A stretch of DNA of 51,191 bases. Source: an uncultured bacterium (GTDB lineage: Bacteria > B130-G9). The notes below the pieces were generated by a model. The model did not search any database. It was not told the origin of the DNA and saw nothing but the letters and a program-made list of their open reading frames with translations. The translations under genes and the position numbers were made by a program. Numbering within the stretch: the first letter of the stretch is position 1; each line of letters opens with the position of its first letter. This document shows, piece after piece, positions 48,064-51,191 of the stretch. The stretch spans positions 1-51,191 of the forward strand of contig CBDVDH010000022.1 of NCBI GenBank assembly GCA_965372715.1. The letters run 5' to 3'.

Positions 48064-48232
48064 GTAAGGGCAGACCTGCGTGAGGACGGGCCATAATTGC
48101 CGGGCAACGTTGTGTAGGGGCGGTGCTTGGAGGCTGGGTCATAAGTGGCCGCCCGCTCAGTGTAGGGGCAATCCCCCCGCGGTTGCCCTTTACGATCAAT
48201 AAGATAGGGCAGGCGCGGGGGCCTGCCCCTAC
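48064..48232. repeat. Cluster of intact and degenerate GTAG-REP hairpins
   Basis: GTAAGGGCAGACC (48064), GTAGGGGCGGTGCTTG (48114), GTAGGGGCAATCCCCCCGCGGTTGCCC (48162), GGGCAGGCGCGGGGGCCTGCCCCTAC (ends 48232). Confidence 0.75.
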
Positions 48233-48265
48233 AGAATGCCATGAATCCATTTGCGACCTAGCCTC

Positions 48266-49279
48266 CTATGGTACGACGCGCGCAGCAGTTCTGAAGAGAA
48301 CCAAGCTGACAACTAGCAGACAGAGCCCCGGCAGGACGAAATACGGCATGAGCTCCTTGAACGTCGAGAAGCGCTTGCCCTCGAGCTCGGACTTCTCTGT
48401 CTCGCTTATCTGTTCGTATATGCGTTTCAGGGATTCAGCATCCGTGGCGCGAGAATACCTTCCGCCTGAGGCGCTGGCGATGCCTTTTAGTGTTTTTTCG
48501 TCGAGTTTCGTCAGGACGGGTCTGCCGTCTCTGCCGACGGCGTATCTCTTGCCCCATCTCTTGTCATAAATGGGGATTCTCGCGCCGCCCCTCTTGCCGA
48601 CCCCTACGCAGTAGATTCTAACGCTCATCGTCTTTGCCATCTCGGCGGCGGTCAGCGGGTCTATCTCTCCCCTATTGTTCTCGCCGTCGGTCAAAAGGAC
48701 GATGATCTTGGACTTCGCCTTCGAGTCCTTCAGCCGATTGAGGGCCGTCCCGAGGGCGTTTCCGATAGCGGTCCCGTCCTCAACCATATCGAAATCCACC
48801 GACTCGAGCAGGGAGATAAGCATGTCATAATCCAGCGTCAACGGACATTGAGTAAAGCTCTGGCCAGCGAAGCTCACGAGGGCTATCCTGTCGCTTTCCC
48901 TGCTCTCGATGAAGTCCGCGACGACCTGCTTGGCAACAAACAGCCGATTGTTGGGCTGGAAGTCCTCTGCTCGCATGCTTCCGGAGATGTCGAGCACCAG
49001 GACAATATCCCTCCCCATCGCGCTGACGGGCTCGTCGTATTTGACGAGTTGCGGCCTGGCTGCGCCAAGGACCAGCAGCGAAAGTGCGCAAAGGAACAGG
49101 GCAAGCGTCAGGATATACCGCAGAGGATACGTGGGCCTGCTCCGACCGCCAAAGAACGAGGTAACGTGGGAATACCTGAGCGAGCCGGCAATCAGATGCC
49201 CGACTCTAGTCAGTGCAAGCCACAACAATGGGACGAGCGCCAAAAGCCCCAGCAAGTAAGCGCTCTCAAACCTGAACAT
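48266..49279 (-). CDS. BatA-like von Willebrand factor A membrane protein
   Basis: MFRFESAYLL N-terminal TM, AARPQ, MIDAS DISGSM, PLTLD, GTAIG, LLTDGENN, LDEKTLKGIA..GGRY.RA. Confidence 0.88.
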   Translation of the reverse strand: MFRFESAYLLGLLALVPLLWLALTRVGHLIAGSLRYSHVTSFFGGRSRPTYPLRYILTLALFLCALSLLVLGAARPQLVKYDEPVSAMGRDIVLVLDISGSMRAEDFQPNNRLFVAKQVVADFIESRESDRIALVSFAGQSFTQCPLTLDYDMLISLLESVDFDMVEDGTAIGNALGTALNRLKDSKAKSKIIVLLTDGENNRGEIDPLTAAEMAKTMSVRIYCVGVGKRGGARIPIYDKRWGKRYAVGRDGRPVLTKLDEKTLKGIASASGGRYSRATDAESLKRIYEQISETEKSELEGKRFSTFKELMPYFVLPGLCLLVVSLVLFRTAARVVP

Positions 49280-49473
49280 ATCCTTCTCCGAGACCGCCAA
49301 TCTGAAATGGGTAAACAAATATAGCTGCGCAAGCGGTCCAATTCAACCTGTGGGAGTTCGCCTCATAATCAGATTGATGCTGATTGGTTTCGCAGAGACC
49401 ACTGGTTTTGCCTTTGCAGTCGGCGATTGTTACGACCGCGGTGCCCTTCATGAGTCTCACCCGTTGGGTGATT

Positions 49474-49645
49474 TGGACTGCGGCGGCTTGACGCCGCTTT
49501 CGCTGGCCGCGGCTTGACGCGGCATCCGCTTTGATCGGCAACAGCCTACTCCCCGGGTGGCCGCCTCCAAAGTCGAAGGAGGGGTCTATCAGAGGGTGGT
49601 GTCGAGCCACCACCAAAGAAAGCGGCGTCAAGCCGCCGCACTCCA
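49474..49645. repeat. Inverted 28-bp repeat pair (second REP-like family)
   Basis: TGGACTGCGGCGGCTTGACGCCGCTTTC and GAAAGCGGCGTCAAGCCGCCGCACTCCA, 27/28 complementary. Confidence 0.85.
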
Positions 49646-49817
49646 TAAAACAGAACCAGCTTCCATCAATGTGATTACTGGGAGTTCCTAGGACGCAAAC
49701 AGTCGAAAGCGTTGTGTGTGCAAAAGCCTCTGTCGAGGGTGGGTCGGAAGTCCGAAGCTGCCTACGCGCGAGAATCCACACGCCGACATGCTTCGCCCCT
49801 GATATGCGGCGAATCGC

Positions 49818-50708
49818 TCAGCTACGCTTGCTCTTCTGGACGTCAAGTATTAGCTTGACCTGACCAACCGGAACCCGAAGGCTCCTTGCAATTGCCTCAA
49901 CGTCCAGCCCTTGTCGCGAGAGGTCCATCACCAGTTTCTTGGTTTTCTGCATCTCCTCCTCGTCGCTTCGGACTTCGCTCGGCTCGGCCTCCTTCTTCTC
50001 GGCGAGTGCGACAAATGGGCGAATCTTGGAAACGGGCGTCTTCCCGCGGGCAACAGCCGGCGGCGCCTCCTTGCGCCTGCCCGAATCCGAAGTCTTCCGA
50101 GGCGCCTGCGGACGTGTGCCGTCCGATTCTGTCTGAGTGCGGCGGGGTCTTGGAGTCTCGGAACCAGCAATCGATGGTGCTCGAGCCAGCGTCCCTTCTT
50201 CGGCGCCTGGGACGGGCCTCGCCCGCTCAAGAGTCGTTCGCTCGACACTGGATCCTTTTGCCGCGGCGACCCTTTCCGCGGGTCTATCCCTCGTCGGCGC
50301 AGCAGCCTCCTTACGTTCTTGGTGTATCCCCGGAGGCTTCTCGCTGCTTATCTCAGACGATTCCGCCGCAAGCTCGAATCTGTCGGAGCGCCTTACCAAC
50401 TCCATCAAGAGCCGGTCCGCCCGCTGGATTGTGCGCATCAGCTCGTCCCGCTTCGCACTCGTATCATCCTGTATTCTCGAGGCGACGCGCTTATACTCGT
50501 CGATGAGATGCTCCATGCTCCTCGTGAGCTCGGCGACGCTGGACTCGGAGTCAAGCAGCTTTGACATGTCTTTGCGGATGCGTCTTTTTTCCGCAAACAC
50601 AAGGAGTATAAGGACGAGAAGCACAACGTCGAAAAGAAAAAGCAGAGCGTAGGTCAAGACCATCATAGAAGACATAACTAGCCGCAAAGAAAATCCAGCG
50701 TCAACCAA
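49818..50708 (-). CDS. TM + coiled-coil + C-terminal HTH-like protein (DUF6115/DUF2802-like)
   Basis: N-terminal TM, coiled coil, low-complexity linker, GLDVEAIARSLRVPVGQVKLILD; start may be at MSSMMV. Confidence 0.65.
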   Translation of the reverse strand: MVDAGFSLRLVMSSMMVLTYALLFLFDVVLLVLILLVFAEKRRIRKDMSKLLDSESSVAELTRSMEHLIDEYKRVASRIQDDTSAKRDELMRTIQRADRLLMELVRRSDRFELAAESSEISSEKPPGIHQERKEAAAPTRDRPAERVAAAKGSSVERTTLERARPVPGAEEGTLARAPSIAGSETPRPRRTQTESDGTRPQAPRKTSDSGRRKEAPPAVARGKTPVSKIRPFVALAEKKEAEPSEVRSDEEEMQKTKKLVMDLSRQGLDVEAIARSLRVPVGQVKLILDVQKSKRS

Positions 50709-50742
50709 AAAACTACTATTGGACCGGGTAACGCTATCAGAG

Positions 50743-51063
50743 CTAGACGGTTATGTCTATCAAATGCTCGCCCTCTTCGCTGGCGAACATCTCCTCGTCG
50801 AAGCTGTCGTCGGTCTGCTCTTCCTCAGAGCGAGACTCCTCGTCGTTAGCGTGTTTCTTGCCCTCTTCACGCTCGTCAATGCGGCCGTCTTGCTCAGACT
50901 GGTCGGTCTTCAGAACCTCGTGGGCGCGGTGATCATCCTGCTTGGCAAGCTCCGCGGCGAAAAGCTGCTGGTTGGCATCGCCCAGATGCGATTGAACCTG
51001 CGTCACCCTCTCCGCGGCGACGGTCTGAGCAAGCGAAGTCTGCAAACTGACTGGTTCGACCAT
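50743..51063 (-). CDS. Small acidic hypothetical protein
   Basis: PVSLQTSL.Q N-terminus, GEHLIDITV C-terminus; GAGGGG RBS. Confidence 0.65.
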   Translation of the reverse strand: MVEPVSLQTSLAQTVAAERVTQVQSHLGDANQQLFAAELAKQDDHRAHEVLKTDQSEQDGRIDEREEGKKHANDEESRSEEEQTDDSFDEEMFASEEGEHLIDITV

Positions 51064-51147
51064 TTATCAATACCCCTCTACACGAGACTCTACGGAGGTC
51101 TTGGGGGGAAACTTTAGAGGCTGAAGCACGATTCGGTGCCGTGTCTC

Positions 51148-51172
51148 GTAGGGGCGGTGCTTGCCCCGCCCC
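51148..51172 (+). repeat. GTAG-REP hairpin
   Basis: GTAGGGGCGGTGCTTGCCCCGCCCC; related to the copy ending at 12981. Confidence 0.7.
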
Positions 51173-51191
51173 TCATGTTCGGTTCACATCA

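Noticed and set aside
48011-48250. Small ORFs between nrdG and batA
   Set aside because: Translations of REP hairpins (VGAGPRACP, NRGGIAPT)
49266-49781. 171-aa minus-strand ORF
   Set aside because: Largely translates the inverted-repeat element (MECGGLTPL...KRRQAAAVQ); no protein features

Overview
GC-rich bacterial chromosomal segment. The repeated ~115-aa 'xTDxDxYxxGD...VDxYV...G.LLxWP' surface domain reminds me of uncultured lineages such as Ca. Coatesbacteria, but this is unverified recollection. Housekeeping genes include nfeD/SPFH, a SufS-like desulfurase, rsmD, glyS-ppdK, psd-pssA-asd, two parvulin foldases, a +1-frameshifted prfB, an M50 protease, tldD/pmbA, two GT4s, nrdG-like and batA-like genes, and a probable flagellar-cluster tail. 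These are interspersed with three small toxin-antitoxin-like cassettes, many GTAG-type REP hairpins and heptamer tracts. The most unusual part is a ~19-kb locus in which a 3728-aa exported multi-repeat protein is bracketed by two paralogous Zn-ribbon/class III cyclase/STAND-type NTPase/TPR proteins, with a long structured leader between the divergent genes. Other notable items: an exported FGE-sulfatase (CLec-fold) gene whose 3' end looks like a DGR variable repeat (no TR or RT found in the window), an unnamed domain shared by three ORFs, and a 100-bp duplicated fragment of the SPFH gene next to a truncated hicA. No rRNA, tRNA, CRISPR array, integrase or transposase was recognised.
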